NCBI GenBank assembly: GCA_041484445.1
Contig: JBGPHP010000001.1
Coordinates: 4,150 to 68,149, forward strand
Length of the DNA stretch: 64,000 nucleotides
Reading direction: 5' to 3'
Source of the DNA: Gemmatimonadota bacterium
GTDB taxonomy: Bacteria; Gemmatimonadota; Gemmatimonadetes; Gemmatimonadales; GWC2-71-9
The position numbers and the translations under genes were made by a program. Numbering within the stretch: position 1 is the first letter of the stretch; each line of letters begins with the position of its first letter. Positions 26,421 to 36,258 of this stretch are shown here, piece after piece. Below the pieces are notes generated by a model. That model was not told the DNA's origin. It saw nothing but the letters and a program-made list of their open reading frames with translations, and ran no database searches.

Positions 26421-28286
26421 CTACCCGACGAGTACCTTCGCGAGCAGCGCCGCGCCGTAGGCGAGCGTCAGCATGTAGCCGAACTGCAGCAGCGGATAGC
26501 GCCAGCCTCCTGTTTCCCGGCGCACGATGGCGATGGTGGACAGGCACTGCATCGCGAAGGCGAAGAACACGAGCAACGCCACCGCTCCGCCAGGGGTGAG
26601 GTCGTGGCGCAGCGCCCGCTGCAGGCCCGAGGAGCCCGCGTCGCCGTCGATGCCGTGAATCGTGCCGAGCGTGCCGACGATCACCTCCCGAGCGGCGAGC
26701 GAGGTGACGAGACCCACGCCGATCTTCCAGTCGAAGCCGAGCGGCCGGATGGCGGGCTCGATGGTCCGGCCGATCGTTCCCGCCACGCTGTGAGAGAGGT
26801 CGGGCGCCTTGCCGTCGACGAGCGGCAGGTGGCAGAGGAGCCAGATCCCTACGGTCACGCCCAAGATCACCGTACCGGCGCGGGTGAGAAACACCCTGGA
26901 ACGATCCACCACCCGGAGCCCGAGCGAGCGCAGGGTCGGCCACCGGTAGGGTGGCAGCTCGAGCAGGAACGGGGTCCGGTCGCCTCTCAGGATCGTGGAT
27001 CGGAGCAGCCGTGCGGTGCCCACCGCGGCGAGGAACCCGAGGACGTAGAGGCCCAGCAGCGCCGCGGCGCGGACGCCGAAGATCGGGCCCAGGAGCGGTG
27101 TGTTGGGCAAAAAGGCGGCGATGATCAGGGCGTACACCGGCAGCCGGGCCGCGCACGTCATGAACGGCGCAACGAGGATGGTGGCAAGGCGGTCGCGCTT
27201 GCTCTCGATGGTGCGGGTGGCGAGGATCGCCGGGACCGCACACGCGTACGCCGAGAGCAGCGGGATGAACGACTTCCCCTGGAGGCCGATGCGGGCCATC
27301 GTGCGGTCGGCGATGAGGGCCGCGCGCGCCAGGTACCCCGAATCCTCGAGAATCCCGATGAAGAGGAACAGGACGGCGATCTGCGGCAGGAAGACGATCA
27401 CGGAGCCGACGCCGGCCACCGCTCCCTGCACCACGACGTCGCGCGCCACCCCCGCGGGCAGGAATGCGGCTGCCCAGCCGCCGATCGCGCCGACCAGGGT
27501 TTCCAAGCCATCCGAGAGCGGCGCCGCCGCGGAGAACATCGCCTGAAACACGCCGAGGACCACCGCCAGCAGCAGCAGCGGTCCGGCGACCGGGTGCAGG
27601 AATACGCCGTCCAGACGTCGCGTCCAGAGCGGCGGCGCGGGCGCCCGGTACGTGGACCGCGACGCCAGCCGGCCTGCCCACATCCGGCAAGCCGGGATAT
27701 TCTGGATCGTGGGGAGCGGGATGCGCGCGGGAACGGCGAAGCGACCGGCCAGGAATTCGTGTATCGTCTCGATCCCGCGTCCGGTCGCGGCGCTTGCGGG
27801 AACGACGGGCGCGCCGAGCTGTTGCGCCAGGGCGGCGGCGTCGAGCGAGCCGCCGCGGCGCTCCAGATCGTCGGAAAGATTCAGCACCACGAGCGTGGGG
27901 AGCCCGAGTGCCAGCACCGGTGCGGCGAGCACCAGGTGCCGCGCCAGATTGGTCGAATCGAGCACGAGCAGGATGGCGTCGGGCCGGGGCGTCCCGGGCA
28001 GACGTCCGCGGAGCACGTCGTCGGTGATCCGCTCGTCATCGGAACGGGGCTGCAGTGTGTAGGTGCCGGGGAGATCGAGCAGCTCGACGTCGCCCCGGGC
28101 CCCCAACCGGAGACGGCCGCGACGCTGCTCCACCGTGACACCGGGATAGTTCGCCACCCGTTGGCGCAGCCCCGTGAGCCGGTTGAAGAGAGTCGATTTT
28201 CCGGAATTGGGAGGGCCCACCAGGGCGACCGTTATAGCCCTGGTGTCATCCCGCGACGCGAGCACGCAATCGTGGCAGCCGCTCAT
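26421..28286 (-). CDS. feoB: Ferrous iron transporter FeoB
   Basis: G-domain VALVGPPNSGKSTLFNRLTG followed by a polytopic membrane domain. 621 aa. Confidence 0.93.
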   Translation of the reverse strand: MSGCHDCVLASRDDTRAITVALVGPPNSGKSTLFNRLTGLRQRVANYPGVTVEQRRGRLRLGARGDVELLDLPGTYTLQPRSDDERITDDVLRGRLPGTPRPDAILLVLDSTNLARHLVLAAPVLALGLPTLVVLNLSDDLERRGGSLDAAALAQQLGAPVVPASAATGRGIETIHEFLAGRFAVPARIPLPTIQNIPACRMWAGRLASRSTYRAPAPPLWTRRLDGVFLHPVAGPLLLLAVVLGVFQAMFSAAAPLSDGLETLVGAIGGWAAAFLPAGVARDVVVQGAVAGVGSVIVFLPQIAVLFLFIGILEDSGYLARAALIADRTMARIGLQGKSFIPLLSAYACAVPAILATRTIESKRDRLATILVAPFMTCAARLPVYALIIAAFLPNTPLLGPIFGVRAAALLGLYVLGFLAAVGTARLLRSTILRGDRTPFLLELPPYRWPTLRSLGLRVVDRSRVFLTRAGTVILGVTVGIWLLCHLPLVDGKAPDLSHSVAGTIGRTIEPAIRPLGFDWKIGVGLVTSLAAREVIVGTLGTIHGIDGDAGSSGLQRALRHDLTPGGAVALLVFFAFAMQCLSTIAIVRRETGGWRYPLLQFGYMLTLAYGAALLAKVLVG

Positions 28287-28516
28287 GAGGGGGGACGCAG
28301 GCGGAGGCAGCGCGCCGTCTCGCGACGCAGGGCGACTTCGGCGCCGTCCACGCGAAAGACGCGCGGATCCCCTCCCGGGGCGGCGCGCACGGCGACGACA
28401 CGCACGCCCGGAAAGAAGCCCATTTCCATCAGCCGGGCCGCATCGTCCGGCGGCAACGCGAGCTCGTCGAGCACCGCATCGCTACCAAAGGGGAGGTCTT
28501 CGAGGGTGTTGGTCAC
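28283..28516 (-). CDS. feoA: FeoA family protein
   Basis: 77 aa SH3-like protein (LMEMGFFPGVRVVAV...). 4-nt overlap with feoB. Confidence 0.85.
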   Translation of the reverse strand: MTNTLEDLPFGSDAVLDELALPPDDAARLMEMGFFPGVRVVAVRAAPGGDPRVFRVDGAEVALRRETARCLRLRPPS

Positions 28517-28562
28517 GGTTCCAAAGGAAGGGCTGGCGGGAGCAAAGCTTCACGAAGTTTCG

Positions 28563-29042
28563 GTGAAGGGAGCTTTACTCGTGCTACTCGCCCTCGCGGT
28601 GCTCGCCGCCGGCCCGGTCGGGGTGAGCGTGTCGCAAGAGATCGGCTACCAGCGGCGGGCCTACTCGGAAGACACCTGGACCTGGGAGATCCGGCCGATC
28701 GTGGACCGGCGCTTCGGCCCGCTCTACGTCTCGCTCAATCCCGTCTTCGATCGCGCCCTCAAGGGGCCCGGCGCCGGCGCGGGATTCGGCTTCTCGCCCA
28801 ACGCCCAGGCGACCCTCGACCTCTCCGCCAGAGTGACCGCGGCGCTCGAATACTACGGCGGATTCGGACCCCTGAACGATCTTGCCCCACTCGATCGCAG
28901 CGCGCAGCAGATCCTCCCGGCCGTGGATCTGAATCTGGGAGATGACTGGGAGTTCAACTTCGGTGTAGGGATCGGACTCACGCCAACGACGGATCGGTTG
29001 TTGATGAAGCTCATCCTGGGTCGGAGGCTGGGCGGCACGTGA
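28563..29042 (+). CDS. Half-length paralog of the 16591..17394 outer-membrane protein
   Basis: A GTG at 28563 (or 28581) gives signal-like VKGALLVLLALAVLAAG. The remainder aligns by eye to the C-terminal half of the 16591..17394 product (EIRPIVDRRFG / EIRPIVERRLG; LEYYG; NFGVGIGLT / NLGVGFGLT). Confidence 0.55.
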   Translation: MKGALLVLLALAVLAAGPVGVSVSQEIGYQRRAYSEDTWTWEIRPIVDRRFGPLYVSLNPVFDRALKGPGAGAGFGFSPNAQATLDLSARVTAALEYYGGFGPLNDLAPLDRSAQQILPAVDLNLGDDWEFNFGVGIGLTPTTDRLLMKLILGRRLGGT

Positions 29043-29707
29043 GGGGCGGACCAGCGTTCCTGTTCGACCTCGACGGCACCTTGGTCGACAGCGTGTACCA
29101 GCACGTGCTCGCCTGGCGCGAGGCGCTGGAGCGGGTGGGGGTCGAGCTGTCGGTGTGGCGGATCCACCGGCGCATCGGCATGAGCGGCGGGCTGCTGGTC
29201 AACGCGTTCCTGCGTGAGACGGGACGCGAGATGAGCCCGGAGGAAGCCGTGCGGGTCCGTCGCTTCCACGCGGAAGCCTACGCTCGGTTGTCCGGGACGG
29301 TGCGGCCGCTCCCCGGTGCGCGCGACCTCCTGGCGCACCTCTCCCGTCTCCGGGTTCCCTGGGCCGTCGCCACGAGCGGCTGGATCGAGAGCGCGAAGCC
29401 GACGCTCGAGATGCTCGCAATCCCGGCCGACGTCCCGGTGATCACGCGCGACCAGGTGGAGCATGCCAAACCCGATCCCGATCTCTTCCTCGCTGCTGCC
29501 GAACGGCTGGGAATCCCGATCACGGAATCCGTCGTCGTCGGGGACAGCGTCTGGGACCTCCTCGCCGCGCAGCGCGCCCGCGCGCTCGGCGTGGGGCTCT
29601 TGTCGGGCGGGTACGGACAGGACGAGCTCGAGCGGTCCGGTGCCTACCGGGTCTATCAGGACCCCGCCGACCTGCTGCGCCACCTCGACGAAGTAGGCGT
29701 GCGCTGA
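29039..29707 (+). CDS. HAD-superfamily hydrolase (phosphoglycolate phosphatase-like)
   Basis: Motif I FLFDLDGTLVDS and motif IV VGDSVWDLLAA. GTGA overlap with the preceding gene. Confidence 0.88.
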   Translation: MRGGPAFLFDLDGTLVDSVYQHVLAWREALERVGVELSVWRIHRRIGMSGGLLVNAFLRETGREMSPEEAVRVRRFHAEAYARLSGTVRPLPGARDLLAHLSRLRVPWAVATSGWIESAKPTLEMLAIPADVPVITRDQVEHAKPDPDLFLAAAERLGIPITESVVVGDSVWDLLAAQRARALGVGLLSGGYGQDELERSGAYRVYQDPADLLRHLDEVGVR

Positions 29708-29715
29708 TCCGCCGC

Positions 29716-31623
29716 TCAGGGGGCGGCCGGCGGCGGGGCCCTGAGATAGCGATCCAGGAATTCGAGTGCCGTGCGGTAGGCGGTGAGGTTGTTCTCCTTC
29801 CGGATGAACCCGTGCCCCTCGTCGGGAAACACGACGTACTGCGCCACGCCACCACGTTGCCGCACGGCGTCGACGATCTGATCGGATTCGACCTTCAGCA
29901 CGCGCGGATCGTTGGCACCCTGGAGCACCAGCAACGGGTGCTTGATCTGATCGGCGTGGAACAGCGGTGAAATGCGGTACAACCGCACCGAGTCGTCGGT
30001 CCCGGGATCACCCATTTCGGTATAGAGCGCCGTCCGGAACGACTCCCACCACGGCGGGATGCTGCGCAGCGTGCGGACCCAGTTGGAAATCCCGAAGAAG
30101 TCCACGCCGACCGCGAACACATCCGGGCGGAACGTCACGCCCGCGAGCGTGAGGTAGCCGCCGTAGCTGCCGCCGATGATGCCGACGCGCGCCGTATCCA
30201 CGTAGCCGAGCGTCGCGAGGAACCGCTTGGACCAGACGAGGTCGTCGAGGTCGGCTTCACCGTGGTGGCGATCGTCCATGCGGCCGAACGCCTTGCCGTA
30301 GCCGCCGCTGCCCCGGTTGTTGACGCCGAGGACCACGTAGCCGTGGTTGGTGAGGTATTGCACGAAGGCGCTGTAGCTGATCCGCGTCTGCCCGCCCGGG
30401 CCGCCGTGAATCCACAGGACTGCCGGTGCCCGGTCCCCGGCGCCGACCTGGAGCGGCCGGTAGAGCAGCGACGGGATCTGGACACTGTCGTAGGAAGCGA
30501 ATCGCACCACCTGGGCGTCCACCAGGTTCGCGGCGTCGAGGTCGGGGCTCAGGTTCTGGGTGAGCTGGCGCGCGGCCCCGGTCGCGAGATCCATGACGAA
30601 CAGATTCCCGGGCGCGCGACTGCCGTTCACGTAGTACGCCATCCGCCGCTCGCTGGGAGCGATGGTGATGCCGGTGACATCGCCGGCCGGCGGCGTGGGG
30701 AGTGCCACTCGGGCGTGGGTCGCCGCTTCATAGACGCGGATCTCGGTGCGGGCGTCGTTGTTGATACCGATTACGAGGTATTTCCCGTGCTTCGAGAAGT
30801 AGGCGTACATCACGTCCCAATCCGCTCGCTCGACCGTATCCCGCTTCCCAGTGGCCAGCTCGTAGCGCGCCAGGTACTGGAAGTCGTTGCCTTCGTTCGT
30901 CAGGAAGTACAGGTAGCGCCCGTCGGGGCTGAAGACCTGGGGCGCATGCAGGACGTCGCCCGAATGCGGGCTGATGTGCGTGATCGTCCCACTGCGCCCG
31001 TCACGCAGGTACATCTCGTTGTTCTGCGTGGTGAGCTCGCGGGTGAGCGCGAGCCAGCGGCCTTCGGGGGAGATGGCGCTCAGCGCGTACCCGACGGTGT
31101 CGCGGAACAGCTCGTGCGGGGTGAGGGTCGCGACCGGCATCTCGAACACGTCGAAGAAGCGCCGGTCGCGGGCGTTCGTACCGTAGAAGAACGACTTGTC
31201 GTCCCCCGCCCAATCGTAGAACACCGCCTTGAGACTGTCCCCTGGCGTCAGGTCGCGTGCCGTGCCGTCGGCGGCGCGTAGATACAGATGATCGTTCTCG
31301 TTGCCACCGCGATTCTGCCGGTAGAGAAAGCGGCGCTCGCCGGGGAGGAAGTCGATGGCGAAGATGCCGTCGGTCGTCGACGTCGTGATCTGGCGTGGCG
31401 CGCCGCCCTGTGCCGGTATCTCCCAGGCGTTGAACACCCCGGACCGGTCGCTCGTCACGAGCATCGAGGCTTCGTCCGGCGCGAACGATGCGCCGAACAT
31501 CGCCGTCGTGTTCATGAATTGCTCGATCGTGTACTGCGGAACCGTGCGGTGTTGCTGCGCGTCCACACGGGCGGAGCCGAGCGTGAGGCACGCGGCGAGG
31601 ATGGAGAGGGACCGGGTTGCCAT
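29716..31623 (-). CDS. S9 family prolyl oligopeptidase / dipeptidyl aminopeptidase with an N-terminal beta-propeller
   Basis: Nucleophile elbow GGSYGGYLT. ATG at 31623 gives signal peptide MATRSLSILAACLTLGSARVDAQ. The track ORF extends to 31665. Confidence 0.9.
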   Translation of the reverse strand: MATRSLSILAACLTLGSARVDAQQHRTVPQYTIEQFMNTTAMFGASFAPDEASMLVTSDRSGVFNAWEIPAQGGAPRQITTSTTDGIFAIDFLPGERRFLYRQNRGGNENDHLYLRAADGTARDLTPGDSLKAVFYDWAGDDKSFFYGTNARDRRFFDVFEMPVATLTPHELFRDTVGYALSAISPEGRWLALTRELTTQNNEMYLRDGRSGTITHISPHSGDVLHAPQVFSPDGRYLYFLTNEGNDFQYLARYELATGKRDTVERADWDVMYAYFSKHGKYLVIGINNDARTEIRVYEAATHARVALPTPPAGDVTGITIAPSERRMAYYVNGSRAPGNLFVMDLATGAARQLTQNLSPDLDAANLVDAQVVRFASYDSVQIPSLLYRPLQVGAGDRAPAVLWIHGGPGGQTRISYSAFVQYLTNHGYVVLGVNNRGSGGYGKAFGRMDDRHHGEADLDDLVWSKRFLATLGYVDTARVGIIGGSYGGYLTLAGVTFRPDVFAVGVDFFGISNWVRTLRSIPPWWESFRTALYTEMGDPGTDDSVRLYRISPLFHADQIKHPLLVLQGANDPRVLKVESDQIVDAVRQRGGVAQYVVFPDEGHGFIRKENNLTAYRTALEFLDRYLRAPPPAAP

Positions 31624-31666
31624 GAACGTCTCCGATGGGGAAGCGTCCATCATATCGCCCGGCATC

Positions 31667-32434
31667 TCACCCGGCTACGTCAACGCGGCCCACGCGGAGC
31701 GCCAGGTCCCATCGCACCGGCCGGCGCGTATCGTGGGAGCCCCAGACTCGCCCCAGCTCACGGGTGACAGCCTCGAGCAGCGCACCGCCCCCACCCTGCT
31801 CGCCCTCCGTCCCCCGCAGCGCGGACCAGGTCCCCACATATCCCAGCACGTGACCGAGCGTCCAAGTCTCTCGCATCTCCTGCGGCGGCGTGGGCAGCTC
31901 CGCGAACGGAAACGGCAGCGCGCGGTAGCCGTTCTCGACGTGACGACGCTGGGGCGGCCACAGCGGCCCTAACGATCCGTAGAACGCATCGATGACCGAG
32001 TCGATCTCGGGCGCGATCCGGATCAGACCGTAGCTCACGAGCGCGAGGATCGCGCCGGGGCCGCTCACGCGCCGGACTTCCGCGTAGTACGCCGGCAGGT
32101 CGAACCAATGCGCCGCCTGCGCCGCCACCGCGAGGTCCACCGTCCCCGGGGGAATCCCCGATGTTTCGGCGCTGACCCGCCGGTATTCGACGCGCCGGTG
32201 GGGTGCCGCCCGGGCAAGCTGCTCGACGCTCACGTCGGTGGCGATCACCCGGGTAAACCGTTGCGCCAGACCGACCGACAGCTGTCCCGAGCCGCACCCC
32301 GCATCCCAGGCCAGATCATGAGCCGGCGCGAGCTCGGCCAGGAGGTCCACCAGCGCCGCGGGATATGCGGGGCGGTACGCCGCATAGCCGCCGGCAACGC
32401 GGGAAAAGTGGTCTGGCAGGTTGGGGGTCTCCAT
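31667..32434 (-). CDS. Class I SAM-dependent methyltransferase
   Basis: SAM-binding motif DAGCGSGQLSVGLA. 255 aa. Confidence 0.85.
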   Translation of the reverse strand: METPNLPDHFSRVAGGYAAYRPAYPAALVDLLAELAPAHDLAWDAGCGSGQLSVGLAQRFTRVIATDVSVEQLARAAPHRRVEYRRVSAETSGIPPGTVDLAVAAQAAHWFDLPAYYAEVRRVSGPGAILALVSYGLIRIAPEIDSVIDAFYGSLGPLWPPQRRHVENGYRALPFPFAELPTPPQEMRETWTLGHVLGYVGTWSALRGTEGEQGGGGALLEAVTRELGRVWGSHDTRRPVRWDLALRVGRVDVAG

Positions 32435-32527
32435 CGGTTACCCGGATACCATAGCTCGATTCCGGCCGGCTCCAAACCGGGCGCCGGCTACCGGCATCGA
32501 ATCATCGAACCTTTGGGAGCCGCCCCC

Positions 32528-34390
32528 ATGTCGAGACCGATCGCCGCTATCGCCATCCTCGCCGCCCTGGTGCCGCTCGCCGGGCGCCTGGTCGCTCAGC
32601 ATCCCCTGCACCATCCGGTCGATGCCGTCGAAATCCGCTACGCCGCGTCGCAGCCCGTCGTCGCGTACACGCTGCGAGTGGACAGCGCCGATCTCTCGGG
32701 CTTCGACGTCGAGATGCGGATCCGCCACGCTCCGGACACGTTCCGGCTGGCGATGGTGGCGCACCCGGAATACGACGATCGTTACTGGCGGTTCATCGTC
32801 AATCTCCGGGTCGAGGGGGTGACCGCCGGGGCCACCGTGGCCCGCGCGGATAGCGCCGTGTGGCGCGTCGTCGCACCCGGTGGCGAGAGTGTGGTGCGCT
32901 ACCGGCTGCAGCTTCCTGCCGCCGAGGGCCAGTTCCGCTCCGCGTGGGTGCCGTTTCTCGCTCCCACCGGCGGTCTCATCGGGGGTCCGCACAGCTTCCT
33001 GTACATCGTCGGGGCGACGTTGGTCCCGGCCCACGTGACGCTGTCGCTTCCATCCGGGTGGGCAATCGCCACCGGGCTCGAGCCGACCGTCGATCCCAAC
33101 ACGTTCTTCGCGCCCAGCGTGGACGTCCTGGTGGATGGGCCGATCCTCATGGGCCGGCTGCGCAGCTGGCGCTTTGCGGTCGATGGCGTGCCGCACCGCG
33201 TGGTGTACTGGCCGCTCCCCGACGCGCGGGCGTTCGACACGACCGCGCTCGTGGCGGGACTGGAGCGGCTCTCACGCCAGGCCGTGGCGCTGTTCGGCCG
33301 GGCGCCCTACCGGGATTTCACTTTCCAGATCCAGGACGGCGCCGTCGGGTCGCTCGAGCACCGGAATTCGGTATCGCTCGGCGCCCCGAGCATATGGCTC
33401 ACCCAGGATCTGACCGACTTCTTCAGCGAAACCTCGCACGAGTACTTCCATACCTGGAACCTGATGCGCATCCACCCCGTGGAGTACGGCGACGTGGATT
33501 ACCACACGCCGCCGCGGTCGCGCGGCCTGTGGTGGGCGGAAGGCATCACCATGTTCTACGCCGACCTGCTGCGGCGACGCGCCGATCTTCCGAGCTACGA
33601 CTCCACGCGGGCCACCCACCTCGCGGGGTTGATCACGCGCTACCGGGCGAGTCCCGGGAATGCGCGATTCTCTCCTGAAAGCGTGAGCGTCGTGTCCTAC
33701 GGCGCCCCGCCGGGGGTTCTCGGAGACTACAGCGCGAGCGTCCATCTCCAGGGAGAGCTGCTGGGCGCGATGCTCGATTTCATCGTGCGCGACGCCACCG
33801 CCGGCCGCCGGTCCCTCGACGATGTGGTGCGGGCTGCGCTCGAGCGCTTCTCGGGTGAGCGGGGCTATGCTGGAGCCGATCTCGAGCAGACGGTCGCGGA
33901 CGTCTGCGGCTGCGCGGTGGGGGACTTCTTCGATCGCTACGTTCGGACCGCCACCCCGATCGAGTTCGACCGGTACCTCCGTCTCGTCGGGCTCCGAACC
34001 AACATCACGTGGTCCCCCGCGCTCGCACGCGATGGTCAACCCGCGACCGATCTCCGCGTGTATGGCTGGGTGCCGTCCGGAGCGCGGTCGGTGAGCCTCC
34101 TCGTCACGAACCCGGCGAGCATCTGGGGTCGCGCCGGCTTGCACACGGGCGACCGGATCGCCGCGGTCAATGGTGCGCCGCTGGCCGACATGACCGCCTT
34201 CCGCACGCTGTTCGGCGGTCTGCGCATCGGCGACACGGTGCGGATCGAAGTCGCGCGGGCGACCGGCTCGTTCCGGACGACGGTCGTCGTGACGGGGTAC
34301 GACCGACCGACGGTGCGGCTGGAGGAATTCCCGCAGGCCACCGAGCGCCAGCGGGCGCTGCGCGCCCGCTGGTTGGCCGGCAGCCCCTAG
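32528..34390 (+). CDS. M61 glycyl-aminopeptidase-like peptidase with a C-terminal PDZ domain
   Basis: ATG at 32528 gives signal peptide MSRPIAAIAILAALVPLAG. HEYFHTWN ... WWAEGITMFY zinc motifs. PDZ-like GLHTGDRIAAVNGAPL. Confidence 0.88.
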   Translation: MSRPIAAIAILAALVPLAGRLVAQHPLHHPVDAVEIRYAASQPVVAYTLRVDSADLSGFDVEMRIRHAPDTFRLAMVAHPEYDDRYWRFIVNLRVEGVTAGATVARADSAVWRVVAPGGESVVRYRLQLPAAEGQFRSAWVPFLAPTGGLIGGPHSFLYIVGATLVPAHVTLSLPSGWAIATGLEPTVDPNTFFAPSVDVLVDGPILMGRLRSWRFAVDGVPHRVVYWPLPDARAFDTTALVAGLERLSRQAVALFGRAPYRDFTFQIQDGAVGSLEHRNSVSLGAPSIWLTQDLTDFFSETSHEYFHTWNLMRIHPVEYGDVDYHTPPRSRGLWWAEGITMFYADLLRRRADLPSYDSTRATHLAGLITRYRASPGNARFSPESVSVVSYGAPPGVLGDYSASVHLQGELLGAMLDFIVRDATAGRRSLDDVVRAALERFSGERGYAGADLEQTVADVCGCAVGDFFDRYVRTATPIEFDRYLRLVGLRTNITWSPALARDGQPATDLRVYGWVPSGARSVSLLVTNPASIWGRAGLHTGDRIAAVNGAPLADMTAFRTLFGGLRIGDTVRIEVARATGSFRTTVVVTGYDRPTVRLEEFPQATERQRALRARWLAGSP

Positions 34391-34400
34391 ACCGACTCGA

Positions 34401-35207
34401 TCAGAACACGACCTCGAGCTTGAGGCCCACGGAGTACTTCAGCAGATCACCGATGTCGCTTTCGAGGGGTACGCGCACCAGCACACCGGGCCGAAACTGG
34501 CCGAACGTCATCGAGCCGCCGAGCGCCAGGTCATGGACGGTGCGCTCGCCGATGCTCCCCGGCTCGGTGAGGAGCGCACGGCCGGTAAAGGTGATCCCGA
34601 AACTGGCCCGCGCGGTCTCGTAGCCCCCCTGCACGCCGTAGTCCAGGAACAACTCGGAATCGGCCCCAGAACTGCTCCCGACCGGCTTGACGAGCGTCGG
34701 ACGCAAGGCGACCCGCATGCCGAGATGGCTCGGCGCGCGGTACCGATACCCCGCCGTGGCGCGGATGCTGAGCAGGTCCTCCCCGTATGCCTCCAGGTCC
34801 ATGAAGTCGGCCAACACACCCACGGCCTGCGCGAAACCGCGCTCCGGCGTCGAGGCACTGACGATGGGGATCCGCACACCAAAATCCCCGATGAACGATG
34901 CGGTGGGTGCCGTAGAGGCCCCCAGAAACGGGTTGCCGATCAGCAGGGCGCCGGAGGGGGCCCCGTCCACCTTGGCGTTGACGAACGGAAGCTCGGCGGT
35001 GAGCACCATCGCACCCACCGGCCAGCGGAAGCTGAGCTGGTCGACCGTCGTGAGCGTTGAGGTACCGCCACCCTCGAACGCCGGCCGGAGCGCGTCGAGC
35101 GAGATGCTCTTGATTGCGGGCTCGCTCCAAGGTTGGAGGACTTGCGCGGAACCCGCGCTCAACGACGTCACCACCATGCAGGAGACCAAGCCCATCACGC
35201 GTTTCAT
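34401..35207 (-). CDS. Outer-membrane beta-barrel-like hypothetical protein
   Basis: 268 aa with a signal peptide ending SAQV, an alternating strand pattern and a C-terminal ...LKLEVVF aromatic terminus. Confidence 0.65.
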   Translation of the reverse strand: MKRVMGLVSCMVVTSLSAGSAQVLQPWSEPAIKSISLDALRPAFEGGGTSTLTTVDQLSFRWPVGAMVLTAELPFVNAKVDGAPSGALLIGNPFLGASTAPTASFIGDFGVRIPIVSASTPERGFAQAVGVLADFMDLEAYGEDLLSIRATAGYRYRAPSHLGMRVALRPTLVKPVGSSSGADSELFLDYGVQGGYETARASFGITFTGRALLTEPGSIGERTVHDLALGGSMTFGQFRPGVLVRVPLESDIGDLLKYSVGLKLEVVF

Positions 35208-35274
35208 TGCAGACGCTCCGTGTTCGAGGACGTCGGATGATGTCGTGCCGCGGTCAAGTAGGCATCAAGCCCCC

Positions 35275-36234
35275 CTAGCGGCCTCCCCCGACGTCGATCC
35301 GGCCCAGGCGCTGCGTGCCGCTCAGGGCGAGCCACAGCCGGCCCCGGGTCGAATCGACGGTCATGTTGCGCACGATCGCACCGCGCGTGGGGATCGCCAC
35401 CGTCTGCACGCGCTCGGTAGCGGGATCGAAGACGACGATCTGCCCTGTCGCAGCCTCGTCGTACCAGATGCGCCCGTCGGGCGCGATCGCGATTCCATAG
35501 GGGCCGCTGCTGCCGCCGCCGGGGCTCGCGAACTCACGCACCTGCCCGGTGGCCGGATCGAGCCGGCCGAGGTAGCCGCGGGCGTAGTCCGTGTACCAGA
35601 TGATCCCCTTCGGGTCCACCTGCAGGCGGCGCGGCCGTGCCCCGGCGTCTGGCAGGGTGAACTCGCGCAGGGCGCCGTCCGCCGGGTTGATGCGGACGAT
35701 CTTGTTCGACCCCAGGAGCGCCATCCACAGCGAGCTGTCCGGCGCCCCCACGAGGCCGTAGGGCCGCGCGTCCGGCGTCGCGAGCGGGAAGGTCTTCACC
35801 GCCCCGGTTGCGGGATCGAGGCAGCCGTAGAGGTTGGCGCCCTGCGCCGTGAACCAGACCTTTCCCCCGTGAAATACCGGAGTGTGCGGGTCACGGGCCG
35901 CGGCGGGCATCGCGTATTCCTTGATGGCACCGCTCGCGGGATCCAGGCGCCCGATCAGGCCCTTGGCATTCCCCGTGTACCACACCGCGCCGTCCGGCGC
36001 CACGATGATGCCATGGGGTCCCGATGCCGGGGTGGGCGTCGGGTAGTCGGTGACCTTCCCGGACGCGGCGTCGAGCCGTCCGATGGTGCTGTTGCGCTGA
36101 TCCGTGTACCAGACGGTGCCGTCCTTGCTCACCGCCGGATCATGCGGGAAGGCACCCGTGCGCGGCAGCGGATACTCGACGACGGCGGGTCCTTGGACAG
36201 CGGCTACGAATGCGAGGGCGATGAGGCGCTTCAT
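35275..36234 (-). CDS. Vgb (streptogramin lyase)-like beta-propeller protein
   Basis: Repeated GP.GI...PDG..WYT blades (GPHGIIVAPDGAVWYTG, GPYGIAIAPDGRIWYDE). Signal peptide MKRLIALAFVAAVQG from the ATG at 36234. Confidence 0.8.
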   Translation of the reverse strand: MKRLIALAFVAAVQGPAVVEYPLPRTGAFPHDPAVSKDGTVWYTDQRNSTIGRLDAASGKVTDYPTPTPASGPHGIIVAPDGAVWYTGNAKGLIGRLDPASGAIKEYAMPAAARDPHTPVFHGGKVWFTAQGANLYGCLDPATGAVKTFPLATPDARPYGLVGAPDSSLWMALLGSNKIVRINPADGALREFTLPDAGARPRRLQVDPKGIIWYTDYARGYLGRLDPATGQVREFASPGGGSSGPYGIAIAPDGRIWYDEAATGQIVVFDPATERVQTVAIPTRGAIVRNMTVDSTRGRLWLALSGTQRLGRIDVGGGR

Positions 36235-36258
36235 GGGTGGTCCCTCCATCTGAATGGC

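Noticed and set aside
26413-27690. Upstream extension of the ClbS/DinB-like ORF to 600 aa.
   Set aside because: It overlaps feoB in another frame and is Arg/Gly/Pro-rich. The recognisable domain starts at the ATG at 26412.
26325-28562. N-terminal ~745 codons of the 905-aa plus-strand ORF ending at 29042.
   Set aside because: This stretch is antisense to feoB and feoA and is compositionally degenerate. Only the last ~159 codons (from the GTG at 28563, with a signal-like start and homology to the 16591..17394 product) look real.
28548-28568. Imperfect inverted repeat CTTCACGAA-GT-TTCGGTGAAG in the feoA / half-barrel divergent region.
   Set aside because: It contains a bulge, overlaps the candidate GTG start at 28563, and resembles no operator I know. 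It could be coincidental.
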